Part shown: positions 17,372 through 27,033 of the stretch, one piece after another | Numbering within the stretch: position 1 is the stretch's first letter | How the letters are laid out: each line of letters opens with the position of its first letter | DNA from: a virus | Strand: one strand, 5' to 3' | Length of the DNA: 64,000 nucleotides | IMG/VR virus record: IMGVR_UViG_3300005534_000013 | Span: 2,387 to 66,386 of that record | Notes under the pieces: model-generated | Database searches by the model: none | Seen by the model: only the letters and a program-made list of their open reading frames with translations | Told to the model about the DNA's origin: nothing | Made by a program: the position numbers and the translations under genes

Positions 17372-18250
17372 GTGTCCTTCGTCATCGGCGACCGCGTTCA
17401 GGACACCGCGAGCGCGGTCTCGGGCACGACCGTCACCCTGAACAACAGCCCGCCCGCCGGCGGCTATCAGTCGTTCAACTCCGGGATCGGGGACGGAAAC
17501 TCGACCTTCTACTGCATCCTCGATGGGACGCACTGGGAGGTGAGCTACGGGGCGTACACGAACTCCGGCGCGACCCTGGCCCGCGCTGCGACCCCGATCA
17601 GCTCCTCGAACGGCGGCTCCCAGGTCGTCACCTTCTCGGGGACGATCAATGTGTTCTGCGTCGACCCCTCGGTCTATCTCACCGCGGCGTTCAGCGGCCG
17701 GGCGAGCGGGCGCGTCTACACGAACAATCTCGGGGCCTTTAGCGCAGGGAACACACGGGCCCTCGCCACCGGAACAGTCTGGTACATGCCGGTCTTCATC
17801 GGCCAGCCGTTCTCCAGCGTCGTCCTGCACTTCAATCTGGCGAGCGCCTTCGCGGGCACATCGACCGTCGACATCGGTCTCTACTCGAATCTCAATGGCG
17901 CGCCGAACGCCCGACTGGGTCAGCAGACCGGGATCAACACCGGCACCGGGGGGAGCACCGGCGATAACGCGACCTCGACCATCACCCCGAGCGCGCCGCA
18001 GCCACCGGGCTGGTACTGGCTCGCGATCGTCTCCCACACGAACGGTCCGACGCTCGTCTATTGCAACGATAACTCGTCGATCACCTCTTTCGGAGCGGTG
18101 ATCAACATGGGTCAGAGCTCGACAGCCGATGGGAACCAGCCGAGTGGTTGGCAGCAGACCAGCGCCACCCTGCCTAGCACCGCCGGTTCGCTCAGCGCGA
18201 TCGGAGGTAGCGGCGCTTGCCCAGCCCTCGGCGTAGTGGCGACACTCTGA
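17372..18250 (+). CDS. putative fibre tip / receptor-binding protein
   Basis: GTG start after GGGAGGG; DRVQDT...WEVSYG...SSSNGG..V.F..VFC N-domain; beta-sandwich-like C-terminus. Confidence 0.7.
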   Translation: MSFVIGDRVQDTASAVSGTTVTLNNSPPAGGYQSFNSGIGDGNSTFYCILDGTHWEVSYGAYTNSGATLARAATPISSSNGGSQVVTFSGTINVFCVDPSVYLTAAFSGRASGRVYTNNLGAFSAGNTRALATGTVWYMPVFIGQPFSSVVLHFNLASAFAGTSTVDIGLYSNLNGAPNARLGQQTGINTGTGGSTGDNATSTITPSAPQPPGWYWLAIVSHTNGPTLVYCNDNSSITSFGAVINMGQSSTADGNQPSGWQQTSATLPSTAGSLSAIGGSGACPALGVVATL

Positions 18251-18756
18251 TGGGCCAGCGAAGCGTCATCCACCTCGCGGACGCGAATGGCGTCTCGACC
18301 GGCGAAGTCGAGATCATCGACACCCGGACGCTGGCCGACGCGCAGGGCGAGGCGCTGGCCCGCCTCGCGTCCCTCTTCATGGTCACCGATGGGGGGATGG
18401 CGGGCTCTCTGATCGATGCCGGGCTCACGATCACGATCGAGGGCTCGACGAAGCTCTACCAGATCGACGACGCCTCGCGGGCCAACATCGCGGGCAAGGC
18501 CACCCAGGCCGCGCTCTCGCTCATCGCGGGGACGAACATCAACTGGCCGCCGAACTCCGTCTGGATCACCGCCGACAACTCCACCCAGGCGCTCAGCGCC
18601 GCTGATATGGTGCTCCTCGGGGTCACGGTCGCGAACTACGGGACCGCCCTGGTGATCAACGCGCGGGCTCTGAAGGACGAGATCCTGGCCCTCACCGCGG
18701 TCGCGGACTGCGATGGGTTCGACGTCACCCAGGGCTGGCCGAGCTCGTCTCTCTGA
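18250..18756 (+). CDS. DUF4376-like fibre assembly protein
   Basis: YQIDDASRANI...WITADNS...ALKDEI...W. Confidence 0.7.
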   Translation: MGQRSVIHLADANGVSTGEVEIIDTRTLADAQGEALARLASLFMVTDGGMAGSLIDAGLTITIEGSTKLYQIDDASRANIAGKATQAALSLIAGTNINWPPNSVWITADNSTQALSAADMVLLGVTVANYGTALVINARALKDEILALTAVADCDGFDVTQGWPSSSL

Positions 18757-19730
18757 TGCCGGCCTTCTCGCCAGTCTCGGGCGCGCCGGTCTCCTCCCTC
18801 GGCGGCGGCACGGTGCTCCTCCACGCGACCTTGCTCAGCACCGCGCAGCTCCGAGGCTCGGCTACTGGCGCCGCGGCCTTGGCCGGGACGGTGCGGAGCG
18901 CCACGCGGCTCCGGGGAGCGGCCACTGGGGCCGTCCCGCTGGCCGCGCAGCTCTTGGCGCTGATGCGCGGGACCGCCGCCTCGTCGGGTGTCGTGCCCCT
19001 CCAGGGGACATTGCGGGCGCGGGCCGCTGCGGCGGCGGGGTTCCTCGCGACCGCGGTGATGGTCGGGCGCCTGGCCGGCGGGGCGACGTTGCGCGCCTCT
19101 GCGACGCTGGCCGGCGCGCTGAGCGGACGGCTCGCGAGCGCCTCGAGTCTCCGGGCCAACCCCCGGGGCGTCGTCTCTCTGGCTGGAACCCTGGTCGCCC
19201 AGGGGACTTCCCGGGGAGCCCTGACGGGGCGCGCGGCGATGACCGCCCGCCTCCTCGGCGCGGCGCGGATCACGGCCGGGATCTCGCGCAACGATCGCGT
19301 CCAGCTGACCGCTACCCTCATGGCCGCAGCGCGGATGCGGCCCGGGATCGCGCTCACGGCGCCGCTGAGCGCCACCCTGCGGGCCCAGGCGACGGCGCGC
19401 GGGGCCCTGACCCCGACGGCGAACCTCTCGGGCCGGCTCCTGAGCGGCACGCGCCTCCAGGGCGTCTCGGGCCAGGTCGCGGCCCTGCAGGGCCAGCTTC
19501 TCGCCCGCGCCCAGGCCAAGGCCTCGATGGCCGGCTCGGCGGCGCTCCGGGGGCAGCTGACCAGCGGCGCCCAGGGCCGAGCCGGAGGCCCCCTCGTGCA
19601 CTTGGCGTTGGCCGCCACGCTGCTCGCGGCCGCGCGGATGCTCGGCGCGCTCAACTTCCCGCTCCGCTTGCGCGGTAAGGTCACGGTGAGCGATACGATC
19701 TCGGCCAAGGTGATGGTGAGCGACGAATGA
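18756..19730 (+). CDS. Ala/Gly/Arg-rich protein with ~20-aa repeats
   Basis: about 14 degenerate 20-residue repeats; TGATG coupling. Confidence 0.7.
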   Translation: MPAFSPVSGAPVSSLGGGTVLLHATLLSTAQLRGSATGAAALAGTVRSATRLRGAATGAVPLAAQLLALMRGTAASSGVVPLQGTLRARAAAAAGFLATAVMVGRLAGGATLRASATLAGALSGRLASASSLRANPRGVVSLAGTLVAQGTSRGALTGRAAMTARLLGAARITAGISRNDRVQLTATLMAAARMRPGIALTAPLSATLRAQATARGALTPTANLSGRLLSGTRLQGVSGQVAALQGQLLARAQAKASMAGSAALRGQLTSGAQGRAGGPLVHLALAATLLAAARMLGALNFPLRLRGKVTVSDTISAKVMVSDE

Positions 19731-20026
19731 GCAACACCTACGAGATCGACACCCTCGTCCAGCTGACCTCGAACTTCACCCTCGGGGACGGGGTGACGCC
19801 GATCGACCCCACGACGGTCACGCTCTACATCAAGGACCCGGGGGACAACGAGACCGTGGTGCCGGGCGATCTCCTGACCCACGTGAGCACCGGGGTGTTC
19901 GGCTACGACGTGAACGTCAACGTCTCGGGCTGGTGGACGTACAAGTTCCAGGGAGCGGGGAACATCGAGGTCACGAGCCCCGACACCCGGTTCCTCGTCA
20001 ACGCCTCGATCCTGATCCCGGGCTAG
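19727..20026 (+). CDS. small Ig-like beta protein
   Basis: IDPTTVTLYIKDP...STGVFGYD...SGWWTYKFQG. Confidence 0.65.
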   Translation: MSNTYEIDTLVQLTSNFTLGDGVTPIDPTTVTLYIKDPGDNETVVPGDLLTHVSTGVFGYDVNVNVSGWWTYKFQGAGNIEVTSPDTRFLVNASILIPG

Positions 20027-20035
20027 GAGGCCGTC

Positions 20036-21271
20036 GTGCCGCTCAAAGAGGGTTCGAGCCAGGAGACGATCAGCGCCAACATCGCGACCGAAATCCGCGC
20101 GGGCAAGGACCCCAAGCAGGCGGCAGCGATCGCCTACAGTGAAGCCGGGAAGAGCAAGGACGCGGGCGTTGCGCTCGACGATCAGGAAGAGACCGACGTA
20201 CACGACGCGGCGGGGATCATCTTCCGGGCGCCGGATGGCAAGGTCTTGTTCCTGCGGCGCGACAGCCAGGCGAACAACCCCGGGCAGTGGGATTGGCCCG
20301 GCGGCCACCTCCAGGCGGGCGAGACGCTGCTCGACGGCGCGATCCGCGAGGCCCACGAGGAGACCGGCTACCTCGCGGATCCCGAGGAGGTGACCCCGGT
20401 CTCCCGCGCGATCGTGAACGACGTCGACTTCTCGACCTTCATCTGCCCGGTCGACAAGAAATTCACGCCCGACATCGGCCGCGACGAGGACGGGCACCGG
20501 GAGCACGACGACTGGCGATGGGCCGATCCCCGGGACCCGCCCGATCCCCTCCACGAGGGCGTCGAGGAGGTGCTGAGCAACAAGCTCGTCGACGAGATCA
20601 ACGAGGCGACGCCGGAGGCCGAACCGGTCTTCAGCGAGGATGGGTGGGCGGTGCTCCTGGCCGCGCTCGAGCAGGACGACGTGCTGGCGCTCGATCAGGA
20701 GACGGTGCGGAGCTACGACGCCGACGGGCGTCTCCACGTGAGCCTGACCCCGATCACCAAGGCGAATATCTGCCCCTATGTCGGCAAGGAGATTCCCAAC
20801 TGGGAGAAGCTTGGGCTCAAGCCCGAGAAGGTCTACCGCCTGCTCCGCGCGCCCGAGGAGATCGAGAAGGCGGCCGCGACCTCGAACGGGGTCCCGCTCC
20901 TCGCGGTCCACAAGGCCACGAGCGCCGACCGGCACCCGAGCAGCCTCGTGATCGGCGCCGTGGGGAACGATGCGGTCTGGCAGGCCCCCTACCTCTTCAA
21001 CAGCCTCGTGATCTGGCCCGCCGAGGCGATCGAGGGCATCGAGAGCGGGGAGAAGGTCGAGCTGTCGAGTTCCTACCGCTACGACGCCGACATGAGTCCC
21101 GGGACCTTCGAGGGCCGGCCCTACGATGGCGTGATGCGGAACCTGGTCTTCAACCACGTCGCGCAGGTCGAGGCCGGGCGCGCGGGACCCGATGTCGCGG
21201 TGGCTGATTCGCTCCGTCCTGAGGTCAAGTGGGCGCTCGTCGAGCAGGCCCTGCAGTCGTTCTACGCCTAG
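20036..21271 (+). CDS. NUDIX hydrolase fused to DUF2213 (putative prohead protease)
   Basis: Nudix box GGHLQAGETLLDGAIREAHEETG; DUF2213 motifs ITKANICPY, ELSSSYRY, NHVAQVEAGRAG. Confidence 0.85.
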   Translation: MPLKEGSSQETISANIATEIRAGKDPKQAAAIAYSEAGKSKDAGVALDDQEETDVHDAAGIIFRAPDGKVLFLRRDSQANNPGQWDWPGGHLQAGETLLDGAIREAHEETGYLADPEEVTPVSRAIVNDVDFSTFICPVDKKFTPDIGRDEDGHREHDDWRWADPRDPPDPLHEGVEEVLSNKLVDEINEATPEAEPVFSEDGWAVLLAALEQDDVLALDQETVRSYDADGRLHVSLTPITKANICPYVGKEIPNWEKLGLKPEKVYRLLRAPEEIEKAAATSNGVPLLAVHKATSADRHPSSLVIGAVGNDAVWQAPYLFNSLVIWPAEAIEGIESGEKVELSSSYRYDADMSPGTFEGRPYDGVMRNLVFNHVAQVEAGRAGPDVAVADSLRPEVKWALVEQALQSFYA

Positions 21272-21362
21272 ATGTTGCCCTGCGGAGCGCTCCCGACCCC
21301 TACTATTGGCGCCGCGGTGGACTCGTGTGTTATTTAGGGCGAAGCCCCGGGGAGGGCTGTGA

Positions 21363-22454
21363 ATGAATCCGCTTCAGGCGGCGTTGCGACAGAAGTACGG
21401 GACACCCGAGAAGGCCCTCGAGGCCCTCGGCCTCCCCGTGACACTTCTCGCCGCCGACGAGGCCGGCGCCCATCCCGACCCCGCCCAGAGGAGATCTCCG
21501 AAAATGGCTAAGCTGTCCGCGACTGCGCTCCGCGTCCACGCGGCCCTGCAAGCTCTTCTGGCGCCGAAGCTCGCGGCCGATGCGAAGCTCGATCTCGTGC
21601 CGGCGGTCCAGGGGGTGACGAAGAAGAATCTCCACTCCGCGACTACGCGGGCGCAGATCTGGGCCAGGGCCAAGCAGTGCGCGAAGGACCAGCTCGCGAT
21701 GGACGAGGCGGGCCCCGATGACGTCGCGATGCGGATCCTCGACATGATCGATCGCGAAGCGCCGGCCGAGGAGCCGGAAGCTGGGCCCGCGGGCCCGGCG
21801 CCCGATGAGGGCACGGTGACCGATCCCAACGCCGCCGTGCCGGCGGCCGCCGCCGCGAAACCCGCCGAGGAAGACCCCCGCGCCGCCAAGCCGGACGCTG
21901 AGCCCGAAGGGGTGCATGAAGGCGAGCCGGATCCCGAGAAGCTCAAGATGCTGGCCGAGAAGCTGGGCGGCGACGCCGAGCTCGCGAAGGCCTGCTACGA
22001 CATCTGCCTCGGCGGGGCCAAGGACGAGGGGCCGGCGGCCGAGGCCGAGGAACCCCGGACCGAGACGGCGGTCGACAGGAACAAAGCCAAGGACGAGGAG
22101 GCCCCGATGCTCAAGCCAGCGATGGACGCGGCGATCAAGACTGCGGTCACGCAGGCGAAGGAAGACATGCGCGCCGAGGCGAGGTCCGCCCAGGAAGCGC
22201 GGTCGTTCGTCCGCCCCTGGGTGGGCGAGGTCGCGCCCGCGTTCGACACCGCCGAGGAAATCCTCAAGGCGACGCTCGAGTCCCTGGGGGTGAAGACCAA
22301 GGGGGTCCACCCCAGCGCCTACCGGGCGATTCTCGAGAACGTCCCGCGTCCCGGCGCGTCGAAGCGCCTCGCGATGGACAGTGAGCCGAAGCGCGGCGGC
22401 AGCGACATCGCGAAGCGCTTCCCCCACGCGGCCCGCATTCAGGTTCTCGGCTAA
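21363..22454 (+). CDS. capsid scaffolding protein
   Basis: acidic, Ala/Pro-rich; between protease and capsid genes; possible second start near 21503. Confidence 0.7.
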   Translation: MNPLQAALRQKYGTPEKALEALGLPVTLLAADEAGAHPDPAQRRSPKMAKLSATALRVHAALQALLAPKLAADAKLDLVPAVQGVTKKNLHSATTRAQIWARAKQCAKDQLAMDEAGPDDVAMRILDMIDREAPAEEPEAGPAGPAPDEGTVTDPNAAVPAAAAAKPAEEDPRAAKPDAEPEGVHEGEPDPEKLKMLAEKLGGDAELAKACYDICLGGAKDEGPAAEAEEPRTETAVDRNKAKDEEAPMLKPAMDAAIKTAVTQAKEDMRAEARSAQEARSFVRPWVGEVAPAFDTAEEILKATLESLGVKTKGVHPSAYRAILENVPRPGASKRLAMDSEPKRGGSDIAKRFPHAARIQVLG

Positions 22455-22491
22455 GGCCGGCCCCCCTCCCTCCTGCTGAAGGATCACATCC

Positions 22492-23463
22492 ATGACTGCG
22501 CCGCGTCAGAGCGTCGTTAACACCCAGCCGGGCATCGGCGTCGAGGGCGACTTCGCCTCCGCGAACCCGCGCTTCACCGCCGACTTCGGCCCCGGGGGCG
22601 CCGTGGCGGGCGTCGGGGGCGCGCGTATCGGGCGCTTCTGCTGGTCCGCTCCTCCGCAGGACGCAGACGGGACCAATGCCTGGGTGAGCAACATCGGAGG
22701 CTCCGGCCCGGTGACGGGCTTCATCGGCCGCGAGCAGCAAGCGCTCATCACCGAGTACCTCCAGGACGCCGGGATGGTGATCCCGCAGGGCTTCGAGACC
22801 ACGGTCTACATGGGCGGGGACTTCTTCGTCGTGAACGCCGGCACGGGCCCCGCGACCCCTGGGCTCAAGGCCTACGCGAACTTCGCCGACGGCTCCGTGA
22901 CCTTCGCCGCCACCGGGACGGTGACCGCCGGGGGCACCTCCACGGCCTCGACGATCGCGGCCCAGACGTTCTCGACCACCGGCTCGATCCTCAACGACGT
23001 CCTCACGGTCACGGCCGTGGGCTCGGGCACGATCCAACCGGGGTCTGTCATCTCCGGCACGTCGATCATCACCGGCACCACCGTCGCGTCCCAGATCACT
23101 CCGCTGCTGGCCGGCGAGGCGCTGGGCGGGATCGGGCGCTACCTGCTCTCGACCCCGCAGCCCCAGATCGCCTCCGAGACGATCACGGGCACCTGGGGCC
23201 TCCTCACTGTCGGGGGCACCGTGGTCGCGGGCTACGCGATCGGCGGCGTCCTCACGGGCGCGACCGGGACGATCACCGCCAACGCGACGAACGGCGTCAG
23301 CCTCACGGGCACGGGAGGCGCCGGGACCTACGCGACCCAGACCCAGACGGTGGGCTCCGGTGCGATCAACGTCTCGGCCGTGAACGTCGAGACCAAGTGG
23401 TTCGCCCGCTCCTATGCCGCGCCCGGTGCGCTGGTGAAAATCAGCAACCATCCGCTCGGCTAA
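22492..23463 (+). CDS. head decoration / minor capsid protein
   Basis: GVEGDFASANP, GFIGREQQALIT, GDFFV, VETKW motifs; directly upstream of the major capsid gene. Confidence 0.75.
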   Translation: MTAPRQSVVNTQPGIGVEGDFASANPRFTADFGPGGAVAGVGGARIGRFCWSAPPQDADGTNAWVSNIGGSGPVTGFIGREQQALITEYLQDAGMVIPQGFETTVYMGGDFFVVNAGTGPATPGLKAYANFADGSVTFAATGTVTAGGTSTASTIAAQTFSTTGSILNDVLTVTAVGSGTIQPGSVISGTSIITGTTVASQITPLLAGEALGGIGRYLLSTPQPQIASETITGTWGLLTVGGTVVAGYAIGGVLTGATGTITANATNGVSLTGTGGAGTYATQTQTVGSGAINVSAVNVETKWFARSYAAPGALVKISNHPLG

Positions 23464-23504
23464 GGCCCCCGCCCCTCCAGCTCTAGAAGAAGGCACCTGC
23501 CATC

Positions 23505-24650
23505 ATGTCGAAGAAGAACAAGAGGGGCGGCTCCCTGCGGTCCCTTTCCCCGGCCCAGGCCCGGACGCGGTTCGCCGAGGACCGGTCGTTCTACGAGGCG
23601 CGCGGGGTCATCTTCCCGGCCGCGAGCTCGTATCTCCCGGAGGCGTATCGGAACGACTACGGGCTCGCGATGGACGCCTATCCCGGCGCCCCGCAGGCGC
23701 TGATCCAGACCGATCCCAACTCCGCGGTGCCCGCGCTCCTGACCACGTACATCGACCCCGACGTCTACGAGGTCCTCTTCGCGCCCAACGCCGCAGCGGA
23801 AATCTTCGGCGAGGTCCGGAAGGGCGACTGGCTGATGGACACGGCCCTCTTCCCGATCGCCGAGCACGCGGGCGAGGTGTCGAGCTACGGTGACCGCTCG
23901 AACAACGGCCGCGCGACCGCGAACACCAACTGGGCGAACTACCAGAGCTACCTCTGGCAGACGATCATGGAGTACGGGGAGCGGGAGCTGGAGCGGGCCG
24001 GCCTCGCGCGGCTCAACTGGGTCTCGGAGCTGAACAAGTCGGCGGCGACGCTGATGGATAAGTTCCACAACCTCACCTACTTCTTCGGCGTCACGGGCCT
24101 GCAGAACTACGGCCTGCTCAACGACCCCCTGCTCGCGGCCCCGCTCACGCCGGCGACCAAGGCGGCGGGCGGCGTCACCTGGTTCACCAGCGGGGGTGCG
24201 CCGAACGCGACCGCGAACGAGGTCTACAACGACATCGTGGCGATCTTCCAAGCGCTCGTGACCGCGAACGCGGGCAACGTCGACCGCAAGACCAAGATGA
24301 CCCTGGGCGTGAGCCCGCAGTCGTCCGTCGCGCTCACGTTCACGAACAGCTTCAACGTCAACGTCGAAGACCTGCTGAAGAAGAATTTCCCCGACCTCGA
24401 GGTCAAGACCGCCGTCCAGTACGGGGCCCAGACGGCCTCGAATCCGCAGGGCAACGCGGCCGGGAACCTGGTCCAGCTGCTCGCCGAGTCGGTGCAGGGC
24501 CAGGACGTGGGCTTCTGCGCCTTCAACGAGAAGATGCGGGCGCACAAGATCATCTTCGACCTGTCGAGCTATCGGCAGAAGGTGACCGGGGGGTCCTGGG
24601 GAGCGGTCATCCGCTACCCAGTCGGCATCTCGTCCATGGTGGGGGTCTAA
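23505..24650 (+). CDS. major capsid protein (DUF2184-type)
   Basis: KGDW, YGERELERAG, YGLLNDP, WGAVIRYP. Confidence 0.88.
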   Translation: MSKKNKRGGSLRSLSPAQARTRFAEDRSFYEARGVIFPAASSYLPEAYRNDYGLAMDAYPGAPQALIQTDPNSAVPALLTTYIDPDVYEVLFAPNAAAEIFGEVRKGDWLMDTALFPIAEHAGEVSSYGDRSNNGRATANTNWANYQSYLWQTIMEYGERELERAGLARLNWVSELNKSAATLMDKFHNLTYFFGVTGLQNYGLLNDPLLAAPLTPATKAAGGVTWFTSGGAPNATANEVYNDIVAIFQALVTANAGNVDRKTKMTLGVSPQSSVALTFTNSFNVNVEDLLKKNFPDLEVKTAVQYGAQTASNPQGNAAGNLVQLLAESVQGQDVGFCAFNEKMRAHKIIFDLSSYRQKVTGGSWGAVIRYPVGISSMVGV

Positions 24651-24730
24651 CCCGCCGCTTGATGCTGAAATCCCGGCCTCCTTCCCTCATTGGGGGCCGG
24701 GCATTGAGCACCAAGACCAGGAGAAGTCCC

Positions 24731-25249
24731 GTGGCCGAAGCCACCGAAACCCAAGCCCCCGCGACCCGCCAGGTGATCCAGCGCGCCTCCGCAAAGCCGC
24801 AGAGCGCCGGCGACAAGGTGACGGTCTACTGCAAGATGCCGAATGGCCTGCGCCTGCGGGTCTTCCGCATGGTCGAGCAGCGCGAGCCGGTGCTCGGCGG
24901 CGGGACCCGGGAGTTCCACATGGCCGAGCCCGAGGGTCCGGAGGTCGTCGTCTGGGGCAACCGCTTCCGCCTCGGCGACCCCATGACCCATCGGATCATC
25001 GGCGACTACGGGCTCACGGAGGGCGTGGACAAGGACTTCTGGGACGCGTGGCTGGAGGCCAACAAGGAGCAGCCCTACGTGGTCAACGGCCTGATCTTCG
25101 CGGCCGGGAAGCGGGAATATGGGGAGGCGGAGGCCGAGGATCGGCGCGACACCTGGTCGGGCCTCGGGCCCCTGCTCAAGGACGACGATCCCCGCGCGCC
25201 CCGCGCGAGCGCCAATCTGACCGGCGTGAAGGACTACGAGTCTGCCTGA
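24731..25249 (+). CDS. virion-associated hypothetical protein
   Basis: VYCKMPNGL...YGLTEGVDKDFWDAWL...VNGLIFA; AGGAG RBS. Confidence 0.7.
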   Translation: MAEATETQAPATRQVIQRASAKPQSAGDKVTVYCKMPNGLRLRVFRMVEQREPVLGGGTREFHMAEPEGPEVVVWGNRFRLGDPMTHRIIGDYGLTEGVDKDFWDAWLEANKEQPYVVNGLIFAAGKREYGEAEAEDRRDTWSGLGPLLKDDDPRAPRASANLTGVKDYESA

Positions 25250-25722
25250 TGGGCGTCCAGGTCACGTTCTCCTATGAGGCGTGGGCCGCCCAATATCCCT
25301 CGCTGGCGCCGTACATCGATGAGATCAAGGCCACGGCGTGCTTCAACATGGCGACGCTCTACCAGGCCAACGATGGGTCTGGGCCGATCAACGACCCTGT
25401 TCTCGCGCTCCAGCTCCTCAACCTCCTGAGCGCGCATGTCGCGGTCCTGACCTATCCCACCACCGGCCCGACCGCGACGCCCGATCCGGCCTCGCCCCTG
25501 GTCGGCCGGGTCTCGAACGCCGCCGAGGGATCGGTCAACGTCACGGCGCAGAACGACTACCCGCCCGGGACGCCGCAGTGGTATCAGCAGACGGTCTGGG
25601 GCTCGGCCTGGTGGGCGGCGACCAGCCAGTTCAGGACGATGCGCTATCTGCCGCCGAGGCGGCGCACGGGTCCCTGGGGGCCCTTCGGTTTTCTCGGCCC
25701 GAACTTGCTCGGTCGAGGTTGA
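25249..25722 (+). CDS. head-tail adaptor (DUF4054-like)
   Basis: LLSAH...VGRVSNAAEGSVNV...WYQQTVWG. Confidence 0.8.
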   Translation: MGVQVTFSYEAWAAQYPSLAPYIDEIKATACFNMATLYQANDGSGPINDPVLALQLLNLLSAHVAVLTYPTTGPTATPDPASPLVGRVSNAAEGSVNVTAQNDYPPGTPQWYQQTVWGSAWWAATSQFRTMRYLPPRRRTGPWGPFGFLGPNLLGRG

Positions 25723-25740
25723 ACTTCAGAGGAGGCCCCG

Positions 25741-26421
25741 ATGGGCAAAACGACCGTCTTCACCCCGCTGGGCGACATCCCGCTCCCGATCGGCCCCGCG
25801 TCGTTCGACCCCACTGTGGGCTCGATCCTCACCAAAACGACCTTGATCGCGCCCCTGCCGGCCGACCTCGTGAGCGTCGTCGGCGCCGTGACGCCGAGCA
25901 ACGTCGCCCTCACGATCGCCGCGCAGCCGCCTCATTCGCGCAAGCTTCAGATTCGGGTCGTCGTCGGGACCACGACCACGACCGCGATCACCGCCGGGAA
26001 CCTCGCGCTCGTGGGGTTTGACCAGGATGGCAACGCGATCTCGGAGAACATCAGCCTCGTCGCGAACGCGAGCAAGACGGTGGTCTCGGCCCACGCCTTC
26101 TCGTCCCTCACCTCCGCGACCGTCTCGGCCTACGCCGCGAACGGCAGCGGCACCGGGAACACGGTCGGGATCGGGGGGAGCAACGACTTCGGGATCCCGA
26201 CGGCCAGGGGGACGATCTCGAATTTCGCGCTCGTGAAGGCCATCAAGATCATCACGACCTGGACCCCCGGCACGCCCGCGTGGTCCCGGGCGCCGACGGA
26301 TGACAACGCCGCCGGGGCTGCGGTCGACCCCGTGGCGAGGACCGTGAATCCCACCACGGCGCCTGGCGTCGCGGGGATCAACGACTACGAGCTCACGGTC
26401 TCGTACAACCTCGCGGCCTAG
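25741..26421 (+). CDS. putative structural protein (beta-rich)
   Basis: GAGGAGG RBS; lies in the neck region. Confidence 0.65.
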   Translation: MGKTTVFTPLGDIPLPIGPASFDPTVGSILTKTTLIAPLPADLVSVVGAVTPSNVALTIAAQPPHSRKLQIRVVVGTTTTTAITAGNLALVGFDQDGNAISENISLVANASKTVVSAHAFSSLTSATVSAYAANGSGTGNTVGIGGSNDFGIPTARGTISNFALVKAIKIITTWTPGTPAWSRAPTDDNAAGAAVDPVARTVNPTTAPGVAGINDYELTVSYNLAA

Positions 26422-26427
26422 AACCCG

Positions 26428-26877
26428 ATGGCCGCCATGGAGATCAGGGGCGGCGACGAGCTCGCGCGCCGGCTCGCCGAGATGGCCTCGAAGCTCTCGA
26501 CCGCCGCGGAGCTCCGCGTGGGCTTCCTCGAGGGTGCGACGTACCCCGATGGGACCCCGGTCGCGCTCGTCGCGGCCGCGCACAACTGGGGGGCGCCGTC
26601 GGTCGGGCTCCCGCCCCGGCCGTTCTTCTCCCGGATGGTGGACCAGAACGAATCGGGCTGGCCCGACCTGATCGCCGAGGGGCTGAAGCGCTCCAGCGGT
26701 GACGCCAAGGGGGCGCTGGAGTTCGCCGGCCGGATCATGGTCGAGCAGCTCCAGGGGAGCATCCTCGCCGGCGGATTCGCGCCCCTGAAGCCTGAGACGA
26801 TCCGTCGCAAGGGGTTTTCGACAGAGCTTATAGATACCGCCCACATGCTCAACTCGATCGCCTCGGAGGTGCTCTGA
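26428..26877 (+). CDS. neck / tail-completion protein
   Basis: LRVGFLEGATYPDG...PPRPFF...LIDTAHMLNSI. Confidence 0.75.
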   Translation: MAAMEIRGGDELARRLAEMASKLSTAAELRVGFLEGATYPDGTPVALVAAAHNWGAPSVGLPPRPFFSRMVDQNESGWPDLIAEGLKRSSGDAKGALEFAGRIMVEQLQGSILAGGFAPLKPETIRRKGFSTELIDTAHMLNSIASEVL

Positions 26878-27032
26878 TGGGCTACACCCCCGTTTGCGCG
26901 ACCGGTCGCAGGCGTCAGCGGCGGAAGTGGTTCGGTCTATGGGGTCCGATGATCTGGGAGCGTGAGGTCCAGCAGTGCATCGGCGGCAGCTACAGTTCCC
27001 CGGTCTACGCCCGCTGGTGGGAGAGGGTCTGA
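26877..27032 (+). CDS. small hypothetical protein (51 aa)
   Basis: ATG26877..TGA27032 fills the gap between neck genes. Confidence 0.4.
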   Translation: MGYTPVCATGRRRQRRKWFGLWGPMIWEREVQQCIGGSYSSPVYARWWERV

Positions 27033-27033
27033 G

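Noticed and set aside
18725-21157. 810-aa minus-strand ORF
   Set aside because: It lies antisense to well-supported plus-strand genes and has no motifs; typical high-GC shadow ORF. The same applies to 25726-27543(-), 48189-49886(+) and 51824-53281(+).
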